Positions 40,545 to 51,420 of a stretch of 64,000 nt of DNA are shown here, one piece after another. The translations under genes were made by a program, and so were the position numbers. Source of the stretch: Massalongia carnosa (taxonomy: Eukaryota); assembly GCA_965645245.1 (NCBI GenBank), contig OZ287082.1, forward strand, positions 248,001 through 312,000. The letters run 5' to 3'. The notes under the pieces are model-generated. The model did not search any database. It was given only the letters and a program-made list of their open reading frames with translations, and was not told where the DNA came from. Position 1 is the first letter of the stretch; each line of letters starts with the position of its first letter.

Positions 40545-40792
40545 TGTCACGATTCTACTCGGCACGACCTCGGCACGACCTAGAGCAATCAATCGTAGAT
40601 GGAACACGCAGGCAGTTTCGATTTCGTTCCCGCAGCTACTAGATGGTTCCATGACGACTATACTACATGGGTACTAGCGCAGTAGAGGATATATAGGGGC
40701 AGGTTCTGGTTGTCGATTGTCTTTTTCCTTCTTCATCTTTATTGTATTCGTTTATAGTGTCCCTATGACTTGTCTCTAGGTAGATCATAACA
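40545..40792 (+). mobile_element. Solo LTR (248 bp) in AT-rich relic DNA
   Basis: TGTCAC...ATAACA flanked by GAAAC at 40540-40544 and 40793-40797. Contains a TATATAG box. Confidence 0.85.
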
Positions 40793-41550
40793 GAAACAAA
40801 AATCAAACGTGAACGAGTATAAGACTCTGACGAACCAAACTAGATTCAATTCAACTGTTGATTCAATTTTCTTCAATTTCCTGATATGAAATTATTGTCA
40901 TGTGTTGAATATCCAATTCCTACCAGCACAATGAACACCTATCAGTTGTTACAGCGCCGCCGTATAAGGCTGATTATTACTAAGCCTGATGACTCAGCGG
41001 TGCTGAACACAGTCATACTATAGTCAGGTCAAGCGATGACTAATGGGACGGGACAGAAGGTCTGAGCCCACGGAGGAACGTCCGCCCTTAGTTGGCATAG
41101 TTGGCAGAGTACTGAAGAAACTCGACCTCGACTATTCCCACTAATCTATATAATAGGGGTTTTCAGAGTAGAAATTTTCGAGTCTATAAACCATTATTCC
41201 CGTTTTCCCGTAAATATTAGTAAGCAAACTAAACCTATATAGGTTTAACTCTACCCCTTTTTTTTATAAATACGGGAACACGGGAATAATGGTTTATCGG
41301 TCAAAATCGACCGATAAACCATTATCTCATAAACCCGTATCTCATAAATCCTTCAATCCACTAACCTCATTCATCAGAATTATAAGGTAAATGATCAACG
41401 GCATCAACGAATCGTACAATTAAGGTAAGAATACTACTACCTCGTCTTCTTTCATAGCTGACCACTGTTCTTGTCAGGGTGTTCTTGTCAGGGCTCAAAA
41501 TCTAGTTAATAGAAATTCTCAGAATCAGCCCCAACAGTTCTATAATAAAG

Positions 41551-42519
41551 ATGACGTCCACACCCCCTCCTACTCGTATCGTTCGAACTCGCCAGGCTCC
41601 CAACATCAGATGGAAAGATGAAGACATTCAGCAGATTGTTCAATGGCTTTGCTTTCGAGATGGCGATGGAGTCCTTACTCATCTAAACACCTATCAAAAG
41701 AGTAATAAAGTGGAGGCATCCAGACGTTTGTTGGAAGAAAGTGGATTGGGACTGCAACGACCGGACATCTCAAAGGAAAAGACGAGGGACAAAATCGGTC
41801 AGATGATAAAGACTTTCAAAGAGACGCGGAGTCTGGCCGATACAACTGGATGGGGAGTGGATCCTACCAATCATGATGTTGTCGCCGACAACACTCGCGG
41901 GGAGACAATCAAGGAGGTTATCTTGAAGAAATGCGCATGGTACTATGAATTTGAAGAGATCATGGGGGATCTACCTACTATTACCCCTCCATTTCTCATA
42001 GAGTCCACTCAGCCTGATGTTACTATAGAATTGATGACAGGCGGAAAAGAACTGAACGATGATTCAGAAGATGATAACTTCGAGATTGATCTTAAGGATA
42101 AGACTACAGATGAAGATAATCAATCCGAAACGAATTTGTTGAAAGAAGGTCCGATGAAGAAGAAGACGGTTAAACATTTAAAACCTTCTACCCTTAACAA
42201 GAAGATGGGATCATCCACTAAACGTCCCTGGAATGTGGACAGCGACAGCGAGACGTCTCGTCCCAAGCTAAGTAAGCAAAGATCTATAAACAAGTCCGTG
42301 GGTGATGCAATGATTGAGGTTCAACTCATGAAATCTAAAGATTTCGAGATTGATCAGGCTAGACTGCAAAGGAATAATGATCTAGAAATCAAGCAACGAG
42401 ATCAGCATCATCAGGAGATTATTTTGAAGCATGAAGAATCCATTATCATGACTAAAATGCAACATGAGGAGACCATGCGACGACTACAAATCGAGCTGGA
42501 GAAGACGTCCCAGAGATAA
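41551..42519 (+). CDS. Harbinger accessory DNA-binding protein (Myb/SANT/trihelix-like N-terminus, coiled-coil C-terminus)
   Basis: 322-aa open ORF inside the TIRs. IRWKDED..QWL, TGWG and ILKKCAWYYEFEEIM motifs. Convergent with the transposase. Confidence 0.8.
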   Translation: MTSTPPPTRIVRTRQAPNIRWKDEDIQQIVQWLCFRDGDGVLTHLNTYQKSNKVEASRRLLEESGLGLQRPDISKEKTRDKIGQMIKTFKETRSLADTTGWGVDPTNHDVVADNTRGETIKEVILKKCAWYYEFEEIMGDLPTITPPFLIESTQPDVTIELMTGGKELNDDSEDDNFEIDLKDKTTDEDNQSETNLLKEGPMKKKTVKHLKPSTLNKKMGSSTKRPWNVDSDSETSRPKLSKQRSINKSVGDAMIEVQLMKSKDFEIDQARLQRNNDLEIKQRDQHHQEIILKHEESIIMTKMQHEETMRRLQIELEKTSQR

Positions 42520-42568
42520 GATTTTATTTCATTGATGTCTCAAAGATGAGATGCATCTTGCTTAATAG

Positions 42569-43825
42569 TCATCTGCCAATATCATTGAGAACTAGATCTT
42601 TTACCTGTTCCCTTTTCAAAATGCCCTCCATCATTTGCCTTGTAGCCAAATGTTTTAATTCTTCATCATGAGCCTCCTCTTCTGATGTCCACCATCCTTC
42701 TTCTTCTTCCCATTCATCATGCATGTCCAACAAAACGTTATGCAGTACTACACATGCAGTAATCCAACGAATGGCGTAGATGTAACCTTTTTTGTTTCTA
42801 ATTCGAAGTCTCAGCCCGGTTAAACTTTTCCATCTTCCTTTCAAAATTCCAAAGGTGTGCTCGATGTCAATACGAATTCGAGACAGTCTTCTATTGAACT
42901 TTCGAACATTCGCATCTCTGGTATGAGGGGCCTTGTATGGAGTCACCAAATAGCGAGAATTGGTGTAGGCACTGTCGCCGAGAAGATACTGCCCTTCCGA
43001 GAAGTAAAGATGAGGATTTCTATTCAAATCTCCCGCCGCGAAGATTCTCTGATCGTGCTGAGAGTTTGGCCAACCACTGAGGAAGTAAATGAATCTTTTG
43101 TCGGAATCGCATACGGCACATAAATCCAGGGCGTATCTTTTCTTTCGATTAAAGAATAATTCGCCGTCATAACGACCTCCAGGTTTGGTACTGAGCACTA
43201 TATCCGTCCCATCCACCTTTCCTACTACTCCGATAAATCCTGATTCTCGAGTATCATTGGCTAAGCTTTCTCTTGTCCTAGCTCTTGCAGTTGGCCATTT
43301 GATGAAGCTATTCCTCAACCGACATAAGGCCTCCACCACTCGCTTGGTACAATCGAAAACGTGTCCCTCGGATACTCCCCAAAAGGTGGCAGTTGAAAGA
43401 AACCCGCTTCCGCTACCATCATGACCAAGCTTGTATAAGGCACATTGAAGTTGACTTTCGACCGGTGCCTGTTGAATATTGGAATTGTTTTGGAAGACCG
43501 AATCGGATCGAATTAAATCAACTATTCGTTGAACGGAGATACGACTCATTCGTAAATAGCCTCGATATCGATCATCTGAAAGAGTGGGAAGGACTCGAAC
43601 GGCCCAATTGGACTTGAGAATGGAAGATCTGGAAAAAAGATATCTCTGATCCTTTAATCCTTCAGAAAGAATAAGGTATTCCAAAGCGTCATCGGCCTCA
43701 TTGGAAGAGGTGGCAAGAGTACTACTGGCTAAGAAAAGGTGGTACAGATCTCTTTCTAAAAGAAGCTTGTTGCTGTATCGAGGCATTTCAGAAGCTTGAT
43801 AAGATGATGCTTTAGAGAATTTCAT
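42569..43825 (-). CDS. Harbinger-type DDE transposase (DDE_Tnp_4/HARBI1-like)
   Basis: YLRMSRIS, GKVDGTDI, GWPNSQHD, YLLGDSAY and RIDIEHTFGILKGRW in a 418-aa open ORF. Confidence 0.93.
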   Translation of the reverse strand: MKFSKASSYQASEMPRYSNKLLLERDLYHLFLASSTLATSSNEADDALEYLILSEGLKDQRYLFSRSSILKSNWAVRVLPTLSDDRYRGYLRMSRISVQRIVDLIRSDSVFQNNSNIQQAPVESQLQCALYKLGHDGSGSGFLSTATFWGVSEGHVFDCTKRVVEALCRLRNSFIKWPTARARTRESLANDTRESGFIGVVGKVDGTDIVLSTKPGGRYDGELFFNRKKRYALDLCAVCDSDKRFIYFLSGWPNSQHDQRIFAAGDLNRNPHLYFSEGQYLLGDSAYTNSRYLVTPYKAPHTRDANVRKFNRRLSRIRIDIEHTFGILKGRWKSLTGLRLRIRNKKGYIYAIRWITACVVLHNVLLDMHDEWEEEEGWWTSEEEAHDEELKHLATRQMMEGILKREQVKDLVLNDIGR

Positions 43826-44192
43826 GATGATTGATTTTTGATGATGATCAGATAAGGCGATAAGCAGTTTATTAATCTTTTTGAAATTTAAGGTGATAGG
43901 GGGACTCAGAGCAAAATGGCAAATACGGGAATAATGGTTTATAGAATAAGAAATAATGGTTTATTTATACAAGTCGAAATTCTACTCTGAAAACCCCTAA
44001 TATGGTGTTAGGCCCACCTAGATAGATCATCTTACAATTTAACTACTCCGTACTAAATTGTTCTACTCTTAACCCACTACACTACTCCTAGTCCAGAGTC
44101 ACTCTCACATATTGTAAGATCCATTACGACGAGTGGTCCAGTGGGAACTCTACCCTATCCTGTCCTCTCAACGACATTTATCGTCTATTATT

Positions 44193-45558
44193 ATGACCTC
44201 TTACACCCTCCGAAGTCGTTCCGTAGGCGTCCAACCCTCGGAGTCTGAACTGGAGCCAGAGGCCCAACATCCTAGTATAGGGATTGTGGTAGACAGCCAG
44301 ATGGACATCGGGCCAGACATCGGCACCGTGTCGGGCTTAACTGACTCAAGCCTAAGCATTCCTTCTCCTGGGATAACGTTAACCAAGGAGCAGATGCAAG
44401 CGCGTATAGATACCATCATGGCAAAGAAAGCTGAGGCTCACCTTAGCCGACAGCTTGCCATCATGGAGCAAGAAGAACAGGACGGTTTTCCTCTCGCTGA
44501 TACCAGTCCAATGACGTTGTCTCACCGGGGCCGCAGCAGCAGGTTGCCGTCCAGTGAAGAGATACTCGAGAAGAAGCTAGAGAACAATCGAAAGGTTGAG
44601 GCTCGGCTGAACGTCATCAAGGTAGATCTGTACACAGCTGATACGTATGCTAAATGTGTCATCTTTATAGCCCAGTGTCTCCAGGCTTTTCAGCAAAAGC
44701 CTGCCACATATGATACGGCCAAGGGACAGATCCTTTTTGCCAAAGCCTTCAAGCGAGGAGACGTCGTTATCAAGTGGCAGACCCACGAGGAAGCGGTAGG
44801 TCTCGATAATATTACCTGGGAAACATACGTTACATGGTTGAGAGACGATGTATGGCCGCCACACCTCCGAATTCATGACGGATTCTTGAAGTACCGCTCA
44901 GTGCGACAACGGGAAGGACAAACCGTCGCCCAGCTGATCGCGTACATCAGGAGCATAGAAGACATCCTACCCCCACAAGAGCCATCCATGAGAATGAACA
45001 CACTCCTAGGAGCTCTGAAGCCTACCCTCCGGGAAGAAATAATCAAGCACAATTCTTCGGTAACCACCCGGGAACTCCTTGAACCCTTAGCTCAGAAGCT
45101 CGAGGCCATTGACAACAACTATAACCGTACCAAGGCGAATGGCCGAAGAGAGGCACCATCGCGACCCACACGGGATAGCGATGCCACATCTGGATGGAAC
45201 GTCTGGAAATCGGACTCGGGGAATGATTACTGATCTGGCTTTCATCAAACCCCTACTCATGACAAGAGGAACAAGGACGGTTTCCATCAAGGTCAGCGTC
45301 GCAAGAGGTCCGTATCTTCCCATCGCACATATAACGAGGGAGGAAAGTATAATCGACACGGATCAAACGGTAAGGAGCCTATGAGGTCCTTCAATCGTGA
45401 CAGGATAGATCCGGGCCGTCAGCGGGAACGCCGTGGCAACAATGGTAACAACGACAGTACCATCAAGTGCTATAACTGCGGCGATTACGGCCACAATGGC
45501 AAAGACTTGTCTCAAACCCAATAATCCAAAGATGGAGGGAAACGGCAGGGGCCAGTAG
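44193..45558 (+). CDS. gag: Gypsy gag, with small frameshifts near 45200 and 45494
   Basis: Capsid-like ITWETYVTWL..VRQREGQTVAQL. Zinc knuckle CYNCGDYGH at about 45468 in a shifted frame. Ends EGNGRGQ-TAG. Confidence 0.75.
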
Positions 45559-48500
45559 ACATCGCAACCCTTCTATTGACCCGTTCTGCTAGGGGGCAAA
45601 ATGTCAACCACATAGTGACGCCGGTTACTATGATATGCGGTAAGTTCAAGTTGACGGTAAGAGGTCTCATAGATTGTGGTGCAACTTTGAACTTTATCAC
45701 CCAGATCCTAATTAAGAGGTTGGGTTGTGAGCCTGGCGTTGATCTCCCGCATGGGGTTCGGACCATTGACGGTACTGCGCTCAGGACCTATCAACTTCAT
45801 ACTTTGTACGCCAAAGTTGTGGACTCGATAGAGAATGAGCGTGTTACCAAGGCGGACTTCATCGCAGCAGACTTCGCTGGATTCGATGTTATTCTGGGCC
45901 TACCATGGCTAATACGGGAAGATCCCGAGATAGCATGGGGTCAGCGGAAGTGGTGGTATCGGCTAGGGCCTGCGTTACCACCGATCCCACTTTCACCGTT
46001 GCAAAAAATACAGGTTCATAAAGCCACGGAGTTGCCACCGGTACCTGGAAGTCATTTAATGAATGGACCCACGCTACCTAAAGGGCGGTACAAGCTCGTG
46101 AGGCAAAGAGCCTTGGCAAAAAGAAGAAAGCAACTGCCCATACCTGCTCCGCTTAGGAGCCGTAGAAGTTCAGTCGGACGCTCTGTGAGTCCAGAGAAGA
46201 GGTCAGCGACATCGATCGTTGCAAAGAATGTACAGTTGTCATCGGAGTCTTCTTTCGTGAACCCGAATAATGTACATGAGACCAAGAGAAGTCTTACTTC
46301 GGAAGATATCTTGATGAGTTCTTCTACTAGGAAAGAACCGTATAATGCGCGTGACGAACCCGTATCTATAAACATAGCATTACTTAGTGCAGAGGAGTTT
46401 GATGAATGTATCACAGAAGTTGGTGCTTATCTCTTTGCCATCGAAGTAACGGATGTGACCCGTGATAGTCCCGTACTCGGTGCGACCGTTGAAGTCATTC
46501 TTCCTGAGGAGTATCAAGACTTCCTCGATGTCTTTTCTGAAGAGAAAGCAAACAAGCTTCCCGCTCATGCATCTCATGATCATGCAATAGAAACGGAAGG
46601 TAGTCAACCCCCGTACGGGCCTATCTATCCTCTTTCCATTGTAGAATTAGAGGTCTTGAGAAAGTACATAGACGAGCACCTCGCGAAAGGCTTCATCACC
46701 CCATCCGTGTCTCCAGCGGGAGCACCCATACTCTTTGTAAAGAAGAGCGATGGAGAGTTGCGTTTATGCGTAGACTATCGAGGACTAAACTCCATCACCA
46801 TTAAGAATCGACATCCTCTGCCTTTAATCGCAGAAGTATTAGATCGACTGGTGGGAGCAAAGTTCTTTACAAAGATAGACCTGCGTGCCGCATACAATCT
46901 GATACGCATCCGGGCAGGTGACGAATGGAAGACGGCGTTTAGAACCCGTTATGGACACTTCGAATATAAGGTCATGCCATTCGGACTAGCAAATGCCCCA
47001 GCGACATTTCAAGCATATATTAATAACACGCTGCGCGAGTTTCTTGATCTGTTCGCAATTGCATTCCTAGATGATATTCTCATCTTCTCGGAGACGTTCG
47101 ATGAACATGTGGAACACGTACGAAAAGTACTCGGGAGGCTGCGGAAGTTCAAACTCTTCGCGAAGTTATCAAAGTGCGAGTTTCATGTGTTAGAAACCCT
47201 GTTCCTTGGGTTCTTAGTAGGCGCGGATGGAATTTCTATGGACCCCAGCCGCGTCGAGACTATTCGGAGCTGGCCTGAACCGGGAACACATAGAGACGTG
47301 CAGGTCTTTTTAGGCTTTGCCAATTTCTATCGCAGATTCATTGAGGCGTTTGCCCGCATAGTATCCGCACTATCCGATCTGTTGAAAGGAAGTACGAAAG
47401 GAAAATTTACAACCAAATTTATCCTAACAGAAGAGGGTCGAAAGGCCTTTCACCGTCTAAAGGCCGCGTTTATGACGGCACCCATGCTTCGTCATTTCGA
47501 TCCCAGTCTGAAGATAAGGATTGAAACGGACGCATCGGGATTTGCTGTCTCTGCGATCATTACTCAATTAAATCCAGAGACAGGACAATGGCATCCTATT
47601 GCATACTGGTCCAGGAAAATGACTGATCCTGAGAGAAATTATGGCATCGGCGAAGCCGAAATGCTGGCCATCGTAGGAGCGTGCCGGCAGTGGAGACACT
47701 ACGTAGAAGGCGCGGCTCATCCTATTGAAGTCATTACCGACCATGCAAACTTGAGAACTTTTCTTACTAGCAAAAATCTCAATAGAAGAGAGGCTAGGTG
47801 GTGGGAGAGACTCTCCGGCCTAGATCTTCAAATAATATACCGCCCGGGGAAACTTAATCCTGCGGATGCGCCCTCCCGACGGAGCGACTACGCCCCTCTC
47901 GGTGAGGCAGAGACGCTTCTGGCCACGCTGTCAGGAAGCAGTCAAACAATAATTATTCCATCCCTTAATACAGGGGGAGGAGCGTTGCTGACCGCAACAA
48001 GCAGGCCCCATCCTAAGCCCGGCATCGTATCGGAGGAACTGCTTAGGAACGGTGCTCAAACACCGTGGGATATATCCCGAAGCGCATTTGCCTCGTTAGT
48101 TCCGAAGGAAGGATCTTCTGTGCCTTCTGCGGGCACTACACGGAGTCCTTCCGAACTCACAACGAGAAGAGATTCCAGTCTTAAGGGAGAAAATTCCACT
48201 ACCCTGACTGATCTTCGCGAGCCCGCTGAGGAAGCGTGGTCGTTCCAGCTCGCGGACGTTGCAGGACCGCAGACCCTGGCGTCAAAAGATACTGTGAAAG
48301 AAGTAACTCAGTATGAAACGGCCTATGCTGTGCCCTCTTTAGAATTGCGCACCGTTTTACAAATCTTACAGGAGGCTGATCACCTTGTGCAGGAAAAACG
48401 GCCCCTCACCGCACAGTCGGAGTTGTGGGAGCGTGAGGACAGAGAGAGTACGGACGATAGACTGGTAAGAAGAGACTCTGTGCAAAGCGACACACCGCCG

Positions 48501-49958
48501 GCCCAGCTCAGGCAACCCGAAGGTGCAGAGACGGCTAGGCAAAAATATGTTAACTCCATGACCAAAAGAAAGTGGCATATGGATGGAGAACTCTTATGTT
48601 ATAATGAGAAATGGTATGTTCCTGCTGGTCTTTTGAGAAGACGCTTACTTGAACGTAATCATGACGATCCCTTTGCGGGCCATTTCGGATTCGATAGAAC
48701 TCTTGACTTGATAAGAAGAAAGTATTATTGGCCAGGTATGTACAAAGACGTAAAGCATTATGTCGAGACGTGCGCAAAATGTCATCGGGCAAATGCCGTA
48801 AGGCACAAGCCCTGGGGACAATTATCTTCCCTTCCCCTTCCTAGAGCCCCATTCAGTGATATGACAATGGACTTTATCACCGATCTTCCGCCCAGCATGC
48901 GGAGAGGCCTCGTATCAGACTCGATACTTGTGGCCGTCGATCGTTATACAAAGTTCGCCATTTATATTCCCTCAAGAATGGACTGGTCAGCCGAAATAAT
49001 GGCCGATGCTGTGTTTGACCTAGTCTATGGTCAGCATGGAATGCCTGAGAATTGGGTCACTGACAGAGGCAGTCTGTTTACCTCTCATTTCTGGGAAACT
49101 TTTTGCGCACACCTGTCGATACTGTGCCGCTACAGCAGCGCGTTTCACCCGCAAACTGACGGGCAGACAGAAAGACAAAATCAGACCTTGGAACAATATC
49201 TTCGTACCTTTGTCAATTATCAGCAAGATGACTGGGCACAATGGTTAATTGTTGCTGCATTTGCTTACAATAATAGCGTTCACACGACTACCGGGGTGAG
49301 TCCATTCTTCGCCGCCTATGGCCGTCATCCCAGATGGGAAGAAGAAATCAAGGACGTAAATACAGACATCCCGGCGGCCAGGGTGCGGGCAGAGGGACTC
49401 ACAGAGATGAGACGCATGCTCGAAGCAAGATGGAAATCCATCATGGAGAAACAAGCCAAGAATTATGACAAAAAACATGTCCCTCACAACTTCAACAAAG
49501 GAGAAAAGGTATGGTTGAATGGAAAGAACATCCGCACCATTAGACCTTCCAAGAAGTTGGACTTCAAATTCTTTGGACATTGTGAAATCATAGAACCCAT
49601 AGGTAAGCAGGCGTACAGGCTCCGGCTTCCCACCACAGCGAAAGGCATACATGATGTTTTTCATGTGTCTCTATTGGAACCTTATAAGGTATCCGCCGAT
49701 AGAGAAGAGCCTCAGCCGCCGCCAATGGAAGTTGACGGCGAAGAACAATGGGAAATAGAAGATGTACTAGACAGCCGCTTCTATTATGGGAAAATACAAT
49801 ACTTAGTAAAGTGGTTGGGTTACCCAGATACGGATAACCAGTGGCTACCGGCCGGGGAAATGGAGGGAGCAAGAGAATTGACCTCGTCGTTTCATGAGAG
49901 GTATCCAAATAAACCACCAAGTGGTGGGCCACCCAAGAAACGACGACGACTCAACTAA
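45540..49958 (+). CDS. pol: Gypsy pol (PR-RT-RH-IN-chromodomain), uninterrupted
   Basis: LIDCGAT, LCVDYRGLN, FLDDILI, IETDASG, HDDPFAGH..CAKC, VTDRGSLF, WEIEDVLDSR..QYLVKWLG and terminal PPKKRRRL in a 1460-aa ORF. Confidence 0.96.
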   Translation, partial: KRQGPVDIATLLLTRSARGQNVNHIVTPVTMICGKFKLTVRGLIDCGATLNFITQILIKRLGCEPGVDLPHGVRTIDGTALRTYQLHTLYAKVVDSIENERVTKADFIAADFAGFDVILGLPWLIREDPEIAWGQRKWWYRLGPALPPIPLSPLQKIQVHKATELPPVPGSHLMNGPTLPKGRYKLVRQRALAKRRKQLPIPAPLRSRRSSVGRSVSPEKRSATSIVAKNVQLSSESSFVNPNNVHETKRSLTSEDILMSSSTRKEPYNARDEPVSINIALLSAEEFDECITEVGAYLFAIEVTDVTRDSPVLGATVEVILPEEYQDFLDVFSEEKANKLPAHASHDHAIETEGSQPPYGPIYPLSIVELEVLRKYIDEHLAKGFITPSVSPAGAPILFVKKSDGELRLCVDYRGLNSITIKNRHPLPLIAEVLDRLVGAKFFTKIDLRAAYNLIRIRAGDEWKTAFRTRYGHFEYKVMPFGLANAPATFQAYINNTLREFLDLFAIAFLDDILIFSETFDEHVEHVRKVLGRLRKFKLFAKLSKCEFHVLETLFLGFLVGADGISMDPSRVETIRSWPEPGTHRDVQVFLGFANFYRRFIEAFARIVSALSDLLKGSTKGKFTTKFILTEEGRKAFHRLKAAFMTAPMLRHFDPSLKIRIETDASGFAVSAIITQLNPETGQWHPIAYWSRKMTDPERNYGIGEAEMLAIVGACRQWRHYVEGAAHPIEVITDHANLRTFLTSKNLNRREARWWERLSGLDLQIIYRPGKLNPADAPSRRSDYAPLGEAETLLATLSGSSQTIIIPSLNTGGGALLTATSRPHPKPGIVSEELLRNGAQTPWDISRSAFASLVPKEGSSVPSAGTTRSPSELTTRRDSSLKGENSTTLTDLREPAEEAWSFQLADVAGPQTLASKDTVKEVTQYETAYAVPSLELRTVLQILQEADHLVQEKRPLTAQSELWEREDRESTDDRLVRRDSVQSDTPPAQLRQPEGAETARQKYVNSMTKRKWHMDGELLCYNEKWYVPAGLLRRRLLERNHDDPFAGHFGFDRTLDLIRRKYYWPGMYKDVKHYVETCAKCHRANAVRHKPWGQLSSLPLPRAPFSDMTMDFITDLPPSMRRGLVSDSILVAVDRYTKFAIYIPSRMDWSAEIMADAVFDLVYGQHGMPENWVTDRGSLFTSHFWETFCAHLSILCRYSSAFHPQTDGQTERQNQTLEQYLRTFVNYQQDDWAQWLIVAAFAYNNSVHTTTGVSPFFAAYGRHPRWEEEIKDVNTDIPAARVRAEGLTEMRRMLEARWKSIMEKQAKNYDKKHVPHNFNKGEKVWLNGKNIRTIRPSKKLDFKFFGHCEIIEPIGKQAYRLRLPTTAKGIHDVFHVSLLEPYKVSADREEPQPPPMEVDGEEQWEIEDVLDSRFYYGKIQYLVKWLGYPDTDNQWLPAGEMEGARELTSSFHERYPNKPPSGGPPKKRRRLN

Positions 49959-51028
49959 GATGCAGACTCACTTCAGGTCACAATCAATCCAGCTTAAAGC
50001 GAGCAATGATGGAAAGTAAGATTGTTGATGTTACTTGGAAGAAGATTCTACGGGGAAGCGGGGTAACAACACTTGTACGTCTGGCGCGAAATGGCGTACA
50101 GTCCGGCTTAAAAAAAGCGGAGTTGTTACGAGAGTTAGGATTTTAGTCTTCTAAGAGTGAGGTTATTCCCAACTCGCGATAATGCGGCTCCTGAGGACAG
50201 TAGCCCTAAGGGGAGGCCTATTGTTACAGCGCCGCCGTATAAGGCTGATTATTACTAAGCCTGATGACTCAGCGGTGCTGAACACAGTCATACTATAGTC
50301 AGGTCAAGCGATGACTAATGGGACGGGACAGAAGGTCTGAGCCCACGGAGGAACGTCCGCCCTTAGTTGGCATAGTTGGCAGAGTACTGAAGAAACTCGA
50401 CCTCGACTATTCCCACTAATCTATATAATATGGTGTTAGGCCCACCTAGATAGATCATCTTACAATTTAACTACTCCGTACTAAATTGTTCTACTCTTAA
50501 CCCACTACACTACTCCTAGTCCAGAGTCACTCTCACATCAGTTCAATAAACATAGCACCTACGGCTGCCCTAGATTGACAGATCATCTATGGAAACCGTA
50601 GATGCCGCATTAGGCTTAGTCCCAAGATAAGATAAGATCACTTCGCTTAGAAGGGTGACCAGTAATAGGAAAAGATTGCTGTATAGCAACTCTTCATCCT
50701 TAACATAACGGTCATACATACATTTATTATGATATAGCCATATAGCCATAGTCATATACCTATTTTAACAGGTTTTGAGCCCGGAAGGGTGCTATCGATT
50801 TAAAACGAATCGAAGCTTTTAATCCGCAACATCGCAGTGCAATCAGCTAAGCATCGTTCCTATTCAATAAATCGTAGACATATGACTAAAATCTTTCTGT
50901 GTCTTTAGAAACGATCCCTCAAATCACATCAATCAGTTCTCTCTTCTGTACACAGCGATTTCTTGTCAGAAGCACAAAAATTGCGTGTTAGATAGAGCAT
51001 GAACACATTGATTGTTCTACACCGAAGC

Positions 51029-51420
51029 CCTCGGACACCAAAGAGCTTGCTTAGCTCGATGGTCGAAGGCACCCAAGTCTTGGACACCAAAGAGCTTGCT
51101 AAGCTCGATGGTCGAAGGCACCCAAGTCCTCGGACACCAAAGAGCTTGCTAAGCTCGATGGTCGAAGGCAATCAAGTCCTCGGACACAAAAGAGCTTGCT
51201 AAGCTCGATGGTCGAAGGCACCCAAGTCCTAGGACACCAAAGAGCTTGCTAAGCTCGATGGTCGAAGGCAATCAAGTCCTCGGACACCAACGAGCTTGCT
51301 AAGCTCGATGGTCGAAGGCACCCAAGTCCTCGGACACCAAAGAGCTTGCTAAGCTCGATGGTCGAAGGCATTCAAGTCCTCGGACACCAAAGAGCTTGCT
51401 AAGCTCGATGGTCGAAGGCA
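51029..51420 (+). repeat. 50-bp tandem repeat, about 8 copies, in the Copia C 5' leader
   Basis: Unit CCTCGGACACCAAAGAGCTTGCTAAGCTCGATGGTCGAAGGCA(CCC/ATC/TTC)AAGT. A degenerate extra copy lies near 51522-51565. Confidence 0.95.

Larger units (their letters stand above)
41155..43998. mobile_element. PIF/Harbinger (PHIS) superfamily DNA transposon, apparently intact, Pangu-like
   Basis: 19-bp perfect TIR AGGGGTTTTCAGAGTAGAA. 3-bp TSD AAT deduced from the empty site in the 3' LTR. Subterminal ATAAACCATTAT repeats at both ends. Two convergent open ORFs. Confidence 0.92.
40947..50537 (+). mobile_element. Chromoviral Ty3/Gypsy element with identical 316-bp LTRs, inserted in the Copia C 5' LTR
   Basis: TSD TCAGT at 40942-40946 and 50538-50542. 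5' LTR 40947-41154 + 44002-44109, 3' LTR 50222-50537, no difference seen. PPT AAGGGGAGG near 50208. Confidence 0.96.

Noticed and set aside
51029..51420. CRISPR-like array with palindromic repeats
   Set aside because: Units are contiguous with no unique spacers, there are no cas genes, and the context is a eukaryotic retrotransposon leader.
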